Virus record (IMG/VR): IMGVR_UViG_3300032323_001295
Coordinates: 1 to 56,825 of that record
DNA length: 56,825 bases
Direction: 5' to 3' (one strand)
Source of the DNA: a virus
Lineage: Duplodnaviria; Caudoviricetes
The translations under genes were made by a program, and so were the position numbers. A model generated the notes under the pieces. That model was given only the letters and a program-made list of their open reading frames with translations, had not been told where the DNA came from and did no database searches. The first letter of the stretch is position 1, and the number at the start of each line of letters is the position of its first letter. Positions 35,715 through 45,497 of this stretch are shown here, piece after piece.

Positions 35715-36068
35715 ATGAATGAAATACAAATACTATCGGCATGTCTAGCATTTTTAGTCTTGTGTGGTATAACTTATCATCACACTGGCTGGAAGAATAT
35801 TAAAAATTGCTATGCTATGTGGTTTACAAAGGAATACTGGACTAACTATAACATAGTAGAATTTGCCAGTTGGGCGGCAAAAGCCATTATCATTATTCCC
35901 GGGCTGATTTTTGGCATACAAATTTGGTGGTTGTTTTTTTTAACACTTTTTACTAGTCTTACATTAATATGGGCTAGCAATAAAAAACTTCTACCAACTT
36001 TAGTAGGATTTAATACCATTTGGGTTTGGATCAGTTGTATGGTGCTAGCACAACATCTTGTAAAATAG
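35715..36068 (+). CDS. membrane protein (3-4 predicted TM segments)
   Basis: Hydrophobic stretches. Confidence 0.7.
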   Translation: MNEIQILSACLAFLVLCGITYHHTGWKNIKNCYAMWFTKEYWTNYNIVEFASWAAKAIIIIPGLIFGIQIWWLFFLTLFTSLTLIWASNKKLLPTLVGFNTIWVWISCMVLAQHLVK

Positions 36069-36090
36069 AATAGATCAAAAAAGAATCTTA

Positions 36091-36119
36091 TTGACGAGTT
36101 TTTTAAAAGATCATATAAT
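36091..36119 (+). promoter_or_regulatory. sigma70-type promoter
   Basis: TTGACG 36091-36096, TATAAT 36114-36119, 17 bp. Confidence 0.75.
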
Positions 36120-36146
36120 TAAGTTGTTCGACAGAAAGAAACACAT

Positions 36147-36977
36147 ATGAGAAATTATTGGACTTGCTCAAAATTCGCAGATTGGATTCGTGGCACTACT
36201 AAGATAAAGTGTGGCACCGGCAAAGAATGGTCGGAGTGGGAAAAGGCCGCTAAAGCTAAGTATCCAATCCGTTGGTGGATCGCTGAGGAAGGCTTGGACA
36301 AAATTCAAGATGTTTGGTGTTATATTCCAGAAAGGATAAACGATGCAAGGTATTATATCAATAATCGATTCGTTACTCGAACCCACTCACTCACTGCTCA
36401 CCCTCGTGATATTGCCCCTGGTGATTGGTGCGATGTTGGCAATCGTTTTCTCCCATGTCTTTTTAACGAACTTGTGGATTTTGTTGAAATAGAACAGGCA
36501 TGGCATCACGTTCTTTGGGACGAAGAAGCACGTAAGCGTTACGAAACTCCATGGTGGCGCAGTGGCTGGCTACGTTGGAGAACCTGGCGTTGCCCAGATG
36601 CCGGTATTGAACATTTAATTTGGGCCAGCGGACTTAAAGTAGACGAGGGCATGGGTGTAACTAAAGATTCAGAAAGTTACGGAAAACTCACTGGCCAAGC
36701 AGAAGCTGCCAAAGAAATTCTCGAACTTTATCGTTGGTGGAAAGAAATTTATCCAAAACGTCCAGATCCACACGATGCCAGCGGTTGGACTGCTTACTGC
36801 GAAATGCGTAGAGCCAAAGGTTATCATCTTTTGGATATGGAAGATAAGACTCCGGAAGAAGCAGAAATGTGCCGGACCGCTCTTGATAAGAGCCATGATT
36901 TAGAAGCACAGTACGAAAAAGAAGATGAAGAGATGATGATTCGTCTCATCAAGATTCGCCAATCACTTTGGACATAA
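36147..36977 (+). CDS. hypothetical Trp-rich phage protein
   Basis: 276 aa ORF after promoter. Confidence 0.8.
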   Translation: MRNYWTCSKFADWIRGTTKIKCGTGKEWSEWEKAAKAKYPIRWWIAEEGLDKIQDVWCYIPERINDARYYINNRFVTRTHSLTAHPRDIAPGDWCDVGNRFLPCLFNELVDFVEIEQAWHHVLWDEEARKRYETPWWRSGWLRWRTWRCPDAGIEHLIWASGLKVDEGMGVTKDSESYGKLTGQAEAAKEILELYRWWKEIYPKRPDPHDASGWTAYCEMRRAKGYHLLDMEDKTPEEAEMCRTALDKSHDLEAQYEKEDEEMMIRLIKIRQSLWT

Positions 36978-36978
36978 C

Positions 36979-37182
36979 ATGACATTTAATGAAACAGATG
37001 ATCTATATAAAAAATATATGGCTTTCAACGGCATCATGCTCGAAGACCATAAGCCCTTAGAAATAGCAGCCGTTATGGTTATACAGGGTCTAACTTTTTA
37101 TAGATCATTTTTAGATGAAGAAGACTATCAAAAAATGGTCAAAAGCATTTACCAAAACAAAGACGACGTTAAAACTTTTTAA
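36979..37182 (+). CDS. hypothetical protein
   Basis: Operon spacing. Confidence 0.7.
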   Translation: MTFNETDDLYKKYMAFNGIMLEDHKPLEIAAVMVIQGLTFYRSFLDEEDYQKMVKSIYQNKDDVKTF

Positions 37183-37184
37183 TC

Positions 37185-37598
37185 ATGAAGAAACAAGAAC
37201 CAGCAGAAGGTATCATGAAGACCAGCGACTTTGGTGATTCAAAGTTTTATAAGGTTGTCTGTGGCTGCGGCCAAGACGACCACAGCATTGACTTTGAAGT
37301 TGAAGCTGCTGAAACTGGTGTTAATGTCAATACCTTTGTCACTGTTAAAACTGACTATTGGTCAGAATCTATCAAGAAGCGTTATGATATCGATAATCCC
37401 TATCTACAAGAATTAGATTGGGCCTTAAAAGATATCTGGAATGGTTTGATTATACGATTAAAACTTACTTGGACAGTATGGACCAAGGGTTACGTCAAAA
37501 CCGAATCCATTATAGCCATGACTGAACAGCAGGCTCTCAACTACGCAGAAACTCTCAAATCCGCAATCCAAGATGTCAAAGATTTCAAAAAGCCCTGA
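37185..37598 (+). CDS. hypothetical protein
   Basis: 137 aa; CxC..H motif. Confidence 0.75.
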   Translation: MKKQEPAEGIMKTSDFGDSKFYKVVCGCGQDDHSIDFEVEAAETGVNVNTFVTVKTDYWSESIKKRYDIDNPYLQELDWALKDIWNGLIIRLKLTWTVWTKGYVKTESIIAMTEQQALNYAETLKSAIQDVKDFKKP

Positions 37599-38187
37599 CC
37601 GACACTCTTTCCAAAAGGAAGGTTATGTCAAGCGCCAGGCCGAAAAAGGCGAACCCGTCAACGATGATTATCTCGACTGGTTTGAAAAGATCATCGAAGA
37701 TCACAAAACTAAGTTTAATGATCCTGCGAGTCGTGTAAACAATATGGAATACGATCTCTTAACCACTGATTGGATTTTGGAGAAAGTTCGAGCCAGAGAT
37801 GACTATGCCCAAAATCTGTATGCGGCAATCTGCAACAACGAGTTTATCCCTCTTGATGTTGTTCCTATCCTTAGACAGGATCCAGAAAAAGACTATTGGG
37901 GTGCCTCTTGGCGCAGTGCTGGAGGCATAATCGCAGATATGCAACAAAAGGGTGATTACATCGATTGGTACTGTTCGGGTATTCGTGATATTGGTATCTA
38001 TGCACCTGCAGAAGAAAACGAAGAACTTACTGAAGAACAAGCAGCTCGGAAGGCAATAGTAGACAAATACGTGCCGGAAGGTATGATAACCGACGAGATC
38101 CGGAATGATCTCCAACGTCTTGGCTGGGCAATAGCGCCTGGCGGAGATTGGGAAAATTTTAACACCAAAGGAGAAAAGGTAAAATAA
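37573..38187 (+). CDS. hypothetical protein
   Basis: 204 aa; YAQNLYAAICNN..SWRSAGGIIA..YIDWYCSG. Confidence 0.8.
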   Translation: MSKISKSPDRHSFQKEGYVKRQAEKGEPVNDDYLDWFEKIIEDHKTKFNDPASRVNNMEYDLLTTDWILEKVRARDDYAQNLYAAICNNEFIPLDVVPILRQDPEKDYWGASWRSAGGIIADMQQKGDYIDWYCSGIRDIGIYAPAEENEELTEEQAARKAIVDKYVPEGMITDEIRNDLQRLGWAIAPGGDWENFNTKGEKVK

Positions 38188-38188
38188 A

Positions 38189-38380
38189 ATGACCTGGGAA
38201 CTGTACGAGGTCTGGACCGAGGACGATATCGGCCATCAAGAGTTAGTAGATACTACTAAAAGTTTAAAAGAAGCTAGGGTACTTGCCCAAAAAAGTCTGG
38301 AAGATTATCCAGTCGCTGTCATATACAAAGAAACAGAAGACGGCGATACCGAAGAAGTTGAGCGGTTGACATTTGGTTGA
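38189..38380 (+). CDS. hypothetical acidic protein
   Basis: 63 aa, operon spacing. Confidence 0.7.
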   Translation: MTWELYEVWTEDDIGHQELVDTTKSLKEARVLAQKSLEDYPVAVIYKETEDGDTEEVERLTFG

Positions 38381-38394
38381 AACCGTGCTATAAT
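38366..38394 (+). promoter_or_regulatory. sigma70-type promoter with extended -10
   Basis: TTGACA 38366-38371; TG-C-TATAAT 38386-38394; 17 bp. Confidence 0.85.
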
Positions 38395-38426
38395 AGTTGT
38401 ATTGTTAAATGATAGGAGCATTGAAA

Positions 38427-39614
38427 ATGGCAAAGGTTGCTACCAAAACTCGCGTTACTAAAAAGCAAGTTATCGAGCATCGTACTAAGGTACAAAAAGA
38501 TCTAAGCCCAAAATGGGATGGTCACGAAACTATGTCCGCTGACGAGTTTAGCCGACACTTCCGCCGTTCTATGGACTACTATCGTTTAGAATTCAGCGGC
38601 AAAGATCTTAAGCCCAAAGTTATCAATTGGATGAGTGCTAACGGCTATACTAAAGATCAGATCAAAGCATTTAAAGATACCAAAGATAATCGCAGCAATT
38701 TGACCATGGGTGCTATCGCTGCCAACCTGCTTCGTGGTATGCCTCCTATTCGAGCAGACTTCAACGAAGGTCGTAATACTGCTCAATGGCTTGGCTCTGC
38801 CATTACTAAAGTTATCGAAGAAGGCAAAAACGACGAGCGAGAAGAAGAAGGTGTCGAAGTTAAGCCAGCAGTTCCTCAAATCAGCATCCAAGAACGTGTG
38901 CGTGAAGCTACGTTTACAATGACTGAAGAGATTGAAGATGCTCTAGAATTGTTTGCCGCTGACCCAGAAGGATTTGATCCTAAGGCATTTAAACTGCTGA
39001 ATCTTTTGCGAGGCAAACAGGTCAAGGCAGCACATGCTCGAATCATTAAAGATTTTTATCAGCGTCAGCATGATGAATATATTGAGCTTCAAGAAGGCAA
39101 ATGCGAACAGCTCAAAGAAGCCTACAGTCATTTGAGCAAAGCACAGGTTAAGAAAATCGTTGTATTCTATCACGAAATTCTCAGTGCCTGCGATATGCTG
39201 ATGCAAGAAGCTAAGGTTAATCGCAAGCCACGTGCTAAAAAGTCTAAGCCCGCAGAAAAGATTGTAGAAAAACTCAAATATTTGAAGCAAGACGAAAAAC
39301 TCAAACTTGTTTCTATCAACCCTACGGACATTATCAAGGCTAAAGAGCTTTGGGTATTCAACGTTAAAACTCGTAAGTTGGGCAAATACGTGACCACAGA
39401 GTTCGGCGAATTGAATGTTAAGGGCACTACAATCACAGGCTTTGACGAGTTTAAGAGCGTTGCTAAGACTCTGCGTAAGCCCGAAGAGCAGCTCAAAGAA
39501 TTTAAGGCTGCGGGCAAAGTAGCTCTGCGCAAGTTCCTCGAGGACATTAAAGCAGTAGATATTAAGCTCAACGGACGTATCAACGAAGATACTATTTTGT
39601 TGAAAGTATCATGA
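38427..39614 (+). CDS. hypothetical phage protein (basic, ~395 aa)
   Basis: RBS AGGAG before ATG 38427; C-terminal KTLRKP..NGRIN motif. Confidence 0.8.
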   Translation: MAKVATKTRVTKKQVIEHRTKVQKDLSPKWDGHETMSADEFSRHFRRSMDYYRLEFSGKDLKPKVINWMSANGYTKDQIKAFKDTKDNRSNLTMGAIAANLLRGMPPIRADFNEGRNTAQWLGSAITKVIEEGKNDEREEEGVEVKPAVPQISIQERVREATFTMTEEIEDALELFAADPEGFDPKAFKLLNLLRGKQVKAAHARIIKDFYQRQHDEYIELQEGKCEQLKEAYSHLSKAQVKKIVVFYHEILSACDMLMQEAKVNRKPRAKKSKPAEKIVEKLKYLKQDEKLKLVSINPTDIIKAKELWVFNVKTRKLGKYVTTEFGELNVKGTTITGFDEFKSVAKTLRKPEEQLKEFKAAGKVALRKFLEDIKAVDIKLNGRINEDTILLKVS

Positions 39615-39646
39615 TGTAGTTTGGTAGCAGTTTGATAAATATCGTT

Positions 39647-40522
39647 ATGAACGATCAAACTGCTACCCAAATCGATGTTATTGCACAGGCTCTCAAAGAG
39701 CTAACTGAGAAACAATCATCTCAAGATATCGTTATTAACGATCTGAGATTTCTCGAATTTCGTGCTAAAAAAGCCGAGGACAACTACGGCAAAGGTCTTA
39801 TCTTTACAGGTAAGGGCTATACCAAACAGCTGGTTTTCAACGGAAACCCCGACAGATTTTTCAGCTCTGAAAATATTGATCTAGCAAGAAATAGACATAT
39901 TTCTATTGACAATGTTAAAGTATTATCAGAGAACGAACTAGGAGAATCAGTTACTAAAAGTAACCTGCAGGAGCTTGGTCGTTTAAGAGGATTGATCATT
40001 GACGGTTCGATGGTGATCAACGGTTACTTGCATTATAATGCTGCTTCTGATAGATTGGGTATCGGAACAGAAAGTCCAAATGCTGCTTTCAGCGTTATGG
40101 AAGATAGCATCGAAGTTATGCTAGGAACAACAGAATCAGGAAATGGTTTAATTGGAACATATTCTAGCATCGGATTAGACATTGTCACTGACAATACCGC
40201 AAGGATCAGTGTCAGCGGAAACGGTAATATCGATCTAGGAAATCCCAACAAACCTTCAATACAAACTCGTGTTCACGGCAAACTCAGTGTAGGAGTAGCT
40301 ACTCCGGATCCAGCAGTGGATCTACACGTTGCTGGTCCAGTTCGATTAAACAACCACATCCAGATGTACGCATCAGAACCGCCCATGTCAGGCACTTACA
40401 CCGTAGGCGATATTATTTGGAATTCTAATCCTACAGTAGGTCGCTACGTTGGTTGGGTATGTTTAAGAGCAGGTAGTCCCGGATCTTGGTATCCATTCGG
40501 AGAAATCAAAGAAAGAGGTTGA
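39647..40522 (+). CDS. putative virion structural (fibre-like) protein
   Basis: RLGIGT.SP, LHVAG beta-repeats; C-terminal GDIIWN..P..G..GWVC..G.PG.W; TAAATA 5 nt upstream of ATG 39647. Confidence 0.65.
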   Translation: MNDQTATQIDVIAQALKELTEKQSSQDIVINDLRFLEFRAKKAEDNYGKGLIFTGKGYTKQLVFNGNPDRFFSSENIDLARNRHISIDNVKVLSENELGESVTKSNLQELGRLRGLIIDGSMVINGYLHYNAASDRLGIGTESPNAAFSVMEDSIEVMLGTTESGNGLIGTYSSIGLDIVTDNTARISVSGNGNIDLGNPNKPSIQTRVHGKLSVGVATPDPAVDLHVAGPVRLNNHIQMYASEPPMSGTYTVGDIIWNSNPTVGRYVGWVCLRAGSPGSWYPFGEIKERG

Positions 40523-40523
40523 T

Positions 40524-41156
40524 GTGCCAGTATTGGTTATCGGCAACGGTGAAAGCCGTAAAGATTTAGATTTATCTCCGTATCTTAACAGTTTCATTAC
40601 AGTAGGTTGTAATGCTATCCATCGAGACTATACCACTGACCATTTGATCTGCTGCGATCAAAAAATGGTACACGAATCGATCAAAAATCCAAACACAGTC
40701 GGCAGTAAAGTATACACAAGACAGCGTTGGTTGAATACCAACTTAAGATATCTTGGAAACTTAAATCCCTTACCTGATCTTCCCGTCAATGGTGATTCTA
40801 AACCAGATGACGACTTCAATTGGGGTTCGGGGCCTTACGCAGTATTGTTAGGCTGTCATCTTTCGTCCGAAGTCATCCTGCTAGGTTTCGATCTATACAG
40901 CGAAAACGATTCAGTTAACAATGTTTACAAAGATACAGACAACTATCTAAAATCAAATCAATCATCTGTCGATCCAGCCTTTTGGATTTATCAAATTGAA
41001 AAACTGTTTGATCATTTTAAAGATCACAGTTTCATATGCCTAAATAAAGAATCATGGAATCCGCCTCCGTCTTGGAAAAAAGAAAACGTAAAGTTCCGAA
41101 ACCACAATTTCTTAGACAGGATGGTTGACATAGTAAATAACAGTATAGTACAATAG
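40524..41156 (+). CDS. Maf/MptE-like or sialyltransferase-fold glycosyltransferase-like protein
   Basis: VIGNGES; GCNA; D.LICCD; SGPYA; LLGFD. Confidence 0.55.
   Translation: MPVLVIGNGESRKDLDLSPYLNSFITVGCNAIHRDYTTDHLICCDQKMVHESIKNPNTVGSKVYTRQRWLNTNLRYLGNLNPLPDLPVNGDSKPDDDFNWGSGPYAVLLGCHLSSEVILLGFDLYSENDSVNNVYKDTDNYLKSNQSSVDPAFWIYQIEKLFDHFKDHSFICLNKESWNPPPSWKKENVKFRNHNFLDRMVDIVNNSIVQ
41125..41154 (+). promoter_or_regulatory. sigma70-type promoter for queD leader
   Basis: TTGACA 41125-41130, TACAAT 41149-41154 (18 bp). Confidence 0.6.
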
Positions 41157-41162
41157 TTCTAT

Positions 41163-41210
41163 AGAGGACTTCAATGACGCTCACCCCTCTCTAAATACTC
41201 TGCGTGTCAT
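41163..41210 (+). promoter_or_regulatory. preQ1-I-riboswitch-like H-type pseudoknot
   Basis: AGAGG/CCTCT P1; loop ending CAC; A-rich tail; ATGAC/GTCAT pseudoknot; upstream of queD. Confidence 0.5.
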
Positions 41211-41246
41211 CAAACTTACTCGCTTAATTTTTACAGGAGGCAAGAG

Positions 41247-41771
41247 ATGGCGAAATATCTTTCAACAAAAACATACGGCAATGACAGGGGTCTTAGTTGC
41301 TGCTTCAGACAATGGCGTTCGACACACAGTCATTGTTCACTGCTACATGGTTATTCCATTGGCATCAAATTAATCTTCGAATCAGAAACCTTAGATGATC
41401 GTAATTGGGTCATGGACTTTGGCGGACTCAAAGCATTTAAAGAATGGTCAGAATATATGTTTGATCACACTCTGGTAATTGCTGAAGACGATCCTCATAG
41501 AGCTATGTTTGAGAATATGGCTAAACTAGGATTACAAGACAAAGGCGGTGTCTGTGATATCAGAATCGTAGAAGGTGTAGGCTGTGAAAAGTTTGCAGAA
41601 CTTGTCTACAAAGAAATGGCCACGATACTTCATGTTTTTAAAACAGGCAATACCTACTATTGCCCCAACGGCGAAATCTTTAATGCCAGATATCCTGTAG
41701 GATCGGGTGTAAGATTAAAGTCGGCAGAAGTATTTGAACATCTAGGTAATTCCGCAGTATACGAAGGATGA
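41247..41771 (+). CDS. queD: 6-pyruvoyl-tetrahydropterin synthase / QueD family
   Basis: HCSLLHGY; WVMDFGGLK; FDH; CEKFA; EVFE. Confidence 0.85.
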   Translation: MAKYLSTKTYGNDRGLSCCFRQWRSTHSHCSLLHGYSIGIKLIFESETLDDRNWVMDFGGLKAFKEWSEYMFDHTLVIAEDDPHRAMFENMAKLGLQDKGGVCDIRIVEGVGCEKFAELVYKEMATILHVFKTGNTYYCPNGEIFNARYPVGSGVRLKSAEVFEHLGNSAVYEG

Positions 41772-41959
41772 ACTCGTTTGAAAAAATATGGGCCCGGGCA
41801 ACTGGGCACTTGATGGGACACACGGATGATGATCGTCCGGATGTTCCCATTCTCACAGTTCGTGAAGCAAGGATAGCATTATTCCTTAAAACGTTCTGGG
41901 TAGTTATACACGTGGTCACCTGTTGCTTTATTATTGCCAATGTCATTAGACACTGGTAA
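41768..41959 (+). CDS. small membrane protein
   Basis: ATGA overlap; C-terminal hydrophobic helix. Confidence 0.7.
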   Translation: MNSFEKIWARATGHLMGHTDDDRPDVPILTVREARIALFLKTFWVVIHVVTCCFIIANVIRHW

Positions 41960-41967
41960 ATAATAAT

Positions 41968-42798
41968 ATGCGTACATTTAATATTAACACTCTTACGGCC
42001 AGCAATAAAAATAAAATTTTTTTAATTGCTGGCCCTTGTCAAATTGAAAGTCAAGATCATGCCGAACATATGGCCGGATCTATCAAAGAAATCTGTGATC
42101 AATTAAACATTGATCTCATCTATAAAAGCAGCTTTGACAAAGCTAATAGGTCTAGTGTCAATACCAAAAGAGGTATAGGTATCGACGAAGGTCTTAGCAT
42201 ATTAAACGCTGTTAAACACGAATTTGGTATTCCTATACTAACAGACATACACGAAAGTTATCAAGCTGAACTAGTAGCAGATGCAGGTGTAGATGTTATA
42301 CAAATACCTGCGTTCCTTTGTAGACAGACAGATTTGTTACTGGCAGCTGGCAGAACAGGTCGTGCGATTAATGTCAAGAAAGGACAGTTCCTTGCTCCCC
42401 AAGATATGAAAAATGTAGCAGATAAAATCGCATCAACAGGGAATGAGAGAATTATGTTATGTGAAAGAGGATATACTCATGGGTACAATAATCTTGTTGT
42501 GGATATGCGTAGCTTACCTATTATGGCACGTACTGGTTATCCCGTGGTCTTTGACGCTACACATTCTGTCCAGCAACCTGGAGGAATGGGAACGAGCTCA
42601 GGCGGAGACCGCGAAATGGCGCCCATCTTGGCCAGGGCTGCTGTAGCCACAGGCTCTGTTGCCGGAGTATTCATGGAAGTGCATGAAGATCCAGATAATG
42701 CTCCTAGCGATGGGCCAAATATGATCAAGATAGAAAATTTAAAATCAGTACTAGAAGACCTGGTGGCTATAGATGGAATTGTCAAAAGAAGAACGTAA
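41968..42798 (+). CDS. kdsA: 3-deoxy-D-manno-octulosonate 8-phosphate synthase
   Basis: IAGPCQIES; [11 protein letters not shown]; PAFLCRQTD; KKGQF; CERG; [10 protein letters not shown]; PSDG. Confidence 0.95.
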   Translation: MRTFNINTLTASNKNKIFLIAGPCQIESQDHAEHMAGSIKEICDQLNIDLIYKSSFDKANRSSVNTKRGIGIDEGLSILNAVKHEFGIPILTDIHESYQAELVADAGVDVIQIPAFLCRQTDLLLAAGRTGRAINVKKGQFLAPQDMKNVADKIASTGNERIMLCERGYTHGYNNLVVDMRSLPIMARTGYPVVFDATHSVQQPGGMGTSSGGDREMAPILARAAVATGSVAGVFMEVHEDPDNAPSDGPNMIKIENLKSVLEDLVAIDGIVKRRT

Positions 42799-43561
42799 GC
42801 GAATCAAAGCTGAAGAAAAAGCTAGGAAAATGACACACCAGACCGTTGATACTTCTAACATCTCCGTTAGTTGCACTGTACTCTGTGTAAAGTTTGGCAA
42901 CAAATACAGCAGAGATTACGTAGAAAGATTAAGAAATATGGTCAGTAGACACTTGACTGTTCCTTATGAATTCGTTTGTCTAACTGATGATAAACATCCT
43001 ATAGACGGAGTACGCAGTATCGTTATACCAAACGCTGGGTATCAAAAAGGTTGGTGGCATAAAGTTCATATGTTTGATCCTGCATTGCCATTAAAAGGTC
43101 GTGTGCTATATATGGATCTTGATGTTATTGTCTGTAAAAACATCGACAAACTTTTCACTTACAATGATAAAAGTTTTTTAGGAATAAGAGATTTCAATAG
43201 GAAATTTCACGTAACTTTTAATTCTCTTAATAGTTCAGTGATGTGTTGGAACGCTGGTGAAAAGTCTTATATATTTGAACAATTTATCAGCAACATAAAC
43301 GGCGCCCAACGTATGCACGGTGATCAAGATTGGATCTGGCATGTAGCCAAACACGAAATTAAATTTTGGCCAGATGATTGGATACAGAGTTATAAATGGG
43401 AAATCCGTGATAAAAACGAAGTCGCATACAATCAAGGTGTTCGAACATTTAAAACTGTAAAGAACCCACACATCCCAGAAACCTGCAACATCGTGGTATT
43501 TCACGGTGATCCCAAACCCGAAAATATACAAGATCCTTTTGTTATTGACAACTGGCGTTGA
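42773..43561 (+). CDS. GT-A fold glycosyltransferase (GT8-like)
   Basis: CLTD; WW.K; YMDLD (DxD); NSSVM; GDQDW; FHG.PKP. Confidence 0.8.
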   Translation: MELSKEERKRIKAEEKARKMTHQTVDTSNISVSCTVLCVKFGNKYSRDYVERLRNMVSRHLTVPYEFVCLTDDKHPIDGVRSIVIPNAGYQKGWWHKVHMFDPALPLKGRVLYMDLDVIVCKNIDKLFTYNDKSFLGIRDFNRKFHVTFNSLNSSVMCWNAGEKSYIFEQFISNINGAQRMHGDQDWIWHVAKHEIKFWPDDWIQSYKWEIRDKNEVAYNQGVRTFKTVKNPHIPETCNIVVFHGDPKPENIQDPFVIDNWR

Positions 43562-43573
43562 TGATGTTATACT
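43545..43573 (+). promoter_or_regulatory. sigma70-type promoter; leaderless uvsE
   Basis: TTGACA 43545-43550; TG-T-TATACT 43565-43573; ATG at 43580. Confidence 0.8.
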
Positions 43574-43579
43574 AACTGT

Positions 43580-44608
43580 ATGACTACAAAACGCATAGGC
43601 TTTGCCTGCAAATGGATTGACCATCCCGCACAGGTAGATGGTATCAAACCCAAAGACGACTGTAAAAAATACAACACAGGTTCTACTACAGTGGCCTGGT
43701 TAAATAGACAGACCAAGGATGTGGCCACCGAAAAGCTCTGGACGCTAATGGAGCAGAACATTGAATCGTGCCGCTTACTTGTTGAACGAGTAGGAGAATT
43801 AGATGAAGATCTTAGAATGGTACGACTCAGCAGCGATATCCTTCCTGTGTACACTGAGCCAACTTGGGGTTGGTTTTGGCGGACTCCCGATGTCCGAGCC
43901 TATTGCGAAAGAGCATTTCGAACCGTGGGCGATCTGGCTCGCGAGAGGAATGTTAGGCTTAGTTTTCATCCTGGTCAGTTTACTGTGCTGGCTAGCGATA
44001 ACCCAGACATTGTAAATCGCTCAATTGAGGAGTTTGAATATCATGTGGACATGGCTCGCTGGATGGGATATGGTCAAACGTTTCAAGACTTTAAGATCAA
44101 CGTTCACATCGCAGGCAGACAAGGCCCAATGGGAATTGTTGCTGCGTTGGCTCGGATGACTCCCGAAGCTCGTAATACATTGACCATAGAGAACGACGAA
44201 ATCAGTTGGGGTATTGATTCTAGCCTTGAGCTAGTTGATCATTGTGCCCTGGTTCTCGACATACATCACCACTGGATTAATACTGGAGAATATATTGAAG
44301 CGAATGATGACCGTGTTAAAAGGATTATCGATAGTTGGCGCGGTGCTCGTCGTCCTGTTATACATTATTCCGTATCACGGGAAGAGCATCTTATTGGCCA
44401 TCCCGGATACCAGCGCCCCGATCTTTTCACGCTATTAGAATCCGGACATAAAAAAGCAAAACTCAGAGCACATTCAAATTTCTACTGGAATACAGCAGCA
44501 AATGAATGGGCACTGAGTTTTAGGGATAACTTCGATATTATGTGCGAAAGCAAAGCAAAAAATCTTGCTTCGTTTGCACTCTACGAAGAAGCTAAGAAGA
44601 TTACTTAG
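43580..44608 (+). CDS. uvsE: UV damage endonuclease
   Basis: RIGFAC; RLSSD; RLSFHPGQFTVLAS; IENDE; DIHHHW; HYS; RAHS; ESKAK. Confidence 0.92.
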   Translation: MTTKRIGFACKWIDHPAQVDGIKPKDDCKKYNTGSTTVAWLNRQTKDVATEKLWTLMEQNIESCRLLVERVGELDEDLRMVRLSSDILPVYTEPTWGWFWRTPDVRAYCERAFRTVGDLARERNVRLSFHPGQFTVLASDNPDIVNRSIEEFEYHVDMARWMGYGQTFQDFKINVHIAGRQGPMGIVAALARMTPEARNTLTIENDEISWGIDSSLELVDHCALVLDIHHHWINTGEYIEANDDRVKRIIDSWRGARRPVIHYSVSREEHLIGHPGYQRPDLFTLLESGHKKAKLRAHSNFYWNTAANEWALSFRDNFDIMCESKAKNLASFALYEEAKKIT

Positions 44609-44903
44609 CTTTTGGCTTACGTGTAGTTGTTTTCTTAACAGTTTCTTTAGCCTTGGTAGCAGCTTTTTTAACTCCAGCTTTGGCTTTTTCCTGAACAACT
44701 TTTACATCAGCCGCATCAACTTTGCCGTCCTTGTTAACATCTGCAGTGGCTTTAACGCCTTCAACTGTGTTTTGGACTGCAACTTTGATATCCGTAGCAT
44801 CGACCTTGCCATCCTGATTTACGTCGAAGCTTTTAGAACTTCTATTGTAATACCAGATGCCGCCAAGGGCTACTGCTACTATTGCGATAATGATAATTTC
44901 CAT
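44601..44903 (-). CDS. membrane-anchored protein with two EF-hand/dockerin-like Ca loops and Lys-rich tail
   Basis: N-terminal TM; DVNQDGKVDATD and DVNKDGKVDAAD; RBS AGGAG; TAAATA at 44923-44928 (-). Confidence 0.8.
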   Translation of the reverse strand: MEIIIIAIVAVALGGIWYYNRSSKSFDVNQDGKVDATDIKVAVQNTVEGVKATADVNKDGKVDAADVKVVQEKAKAGVKKAATKAKETVKKTTTRKPKAK

Positions 44904-44966
44904 AGTGGATCTCCTTGTAGGGTATTTAGTAATAAATATTAGGTAGGTACAAAAAAGGAGCGCAAC

Positions 44967-45086
44967 ATGTTAGATACATTATTTTGGGTAGCAATAGGAG
45001 CATTTGTTGGTTGGAATTTTCCACAGCCGTTTTGGGCTAAGATGATTCAGGAAAAAATCCAATCTATGCTTGCTAAAAAATCCTAA
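44967..45086 (+). CDS. small membrane protein (39 aa, not in ORF track)
   Basis: RBS AAGGAG; MLDTLFWVAIGAFVGWNFPQPFWAKMIQEKIQSMLAKKS; TAAATA at 44933. Confidence 0.75.
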   Translation: MLDTLFWVAIGAFVGWNFPQPFWAKMIQEKIQSMLAKKS

Positions 45087-45095
45087 GGAACAAAA

Positions 45096-45497
45096 ATGGC
45101 ATATTCAGACAAAGTTATTGATCACTACGAGAACCCTCGAAATGTAGGTAGCTTTGACAAGAATGATCTCGACATTGGCACGGGTATGGTAGGAGCACCT
45201 GCCTGTGGCGATGTTATGAAATTGCAGATCAAAGTCAACGAAGAGGGAGTAATCACAGATGCAAGGTTTAAAACTTATGGCTGCGGTTCGGCGATCGCGT
45301 CGAGTTCACTGGCAACAGAATGGCTCAAAGGCAGAAGCTTACAGCAAGCTCAGGAAATCAAAAACTCAGATATCGCTACTGAGTTGGCTCTTCCTCCAGT
45401 TAAAATCCACTGTTCAATCCTTGCAGAAGACGCTATCAAAGCGGCCATAGAAGATTATAAAAATAAAAATGATTTCACTAACACCGCTAGCAGCTGA
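45096..45497 (+). CDS. iscU: Fe-S cluster scaffold IscU
   Basis: MAYSDKVIDHYENPRNVG; GAPACGDVM; KTYGCGSAIASSS; LPPVKIHCSILAEDAI. Confidence 0.97.
   Translation: MAYSDKVIDHYENPRNVGSFDKNDLDIGTGMVGAPACGDVMKLQIKVNEEGVITDARFKTYGCGSAIASSSLATEWLKGRSLQQAQEIKNSDIATELALPPVKIHCSILAEDAIKAAIEDYKNKNDFTNTASS

Noticed and set aside
289-36068. Stop-codon recoding (TAG/TGA) as seen in some huge phages
   Set aside because: Recognisable genes are full length in code 11 and ORFs end on TAG (507, 16783, 36068) and TGA with normal spacing; no suppressor tRNA seen
44967-45086. WNFPQPF as a darobactin-like RiPP core for the radical SAM/SPASM enzymes
   Set aside because: The motif directly follows a TM helix, is 12 kb from the nearest radical SAM gene and has no leader or transporter; resemblance is probably coincidental
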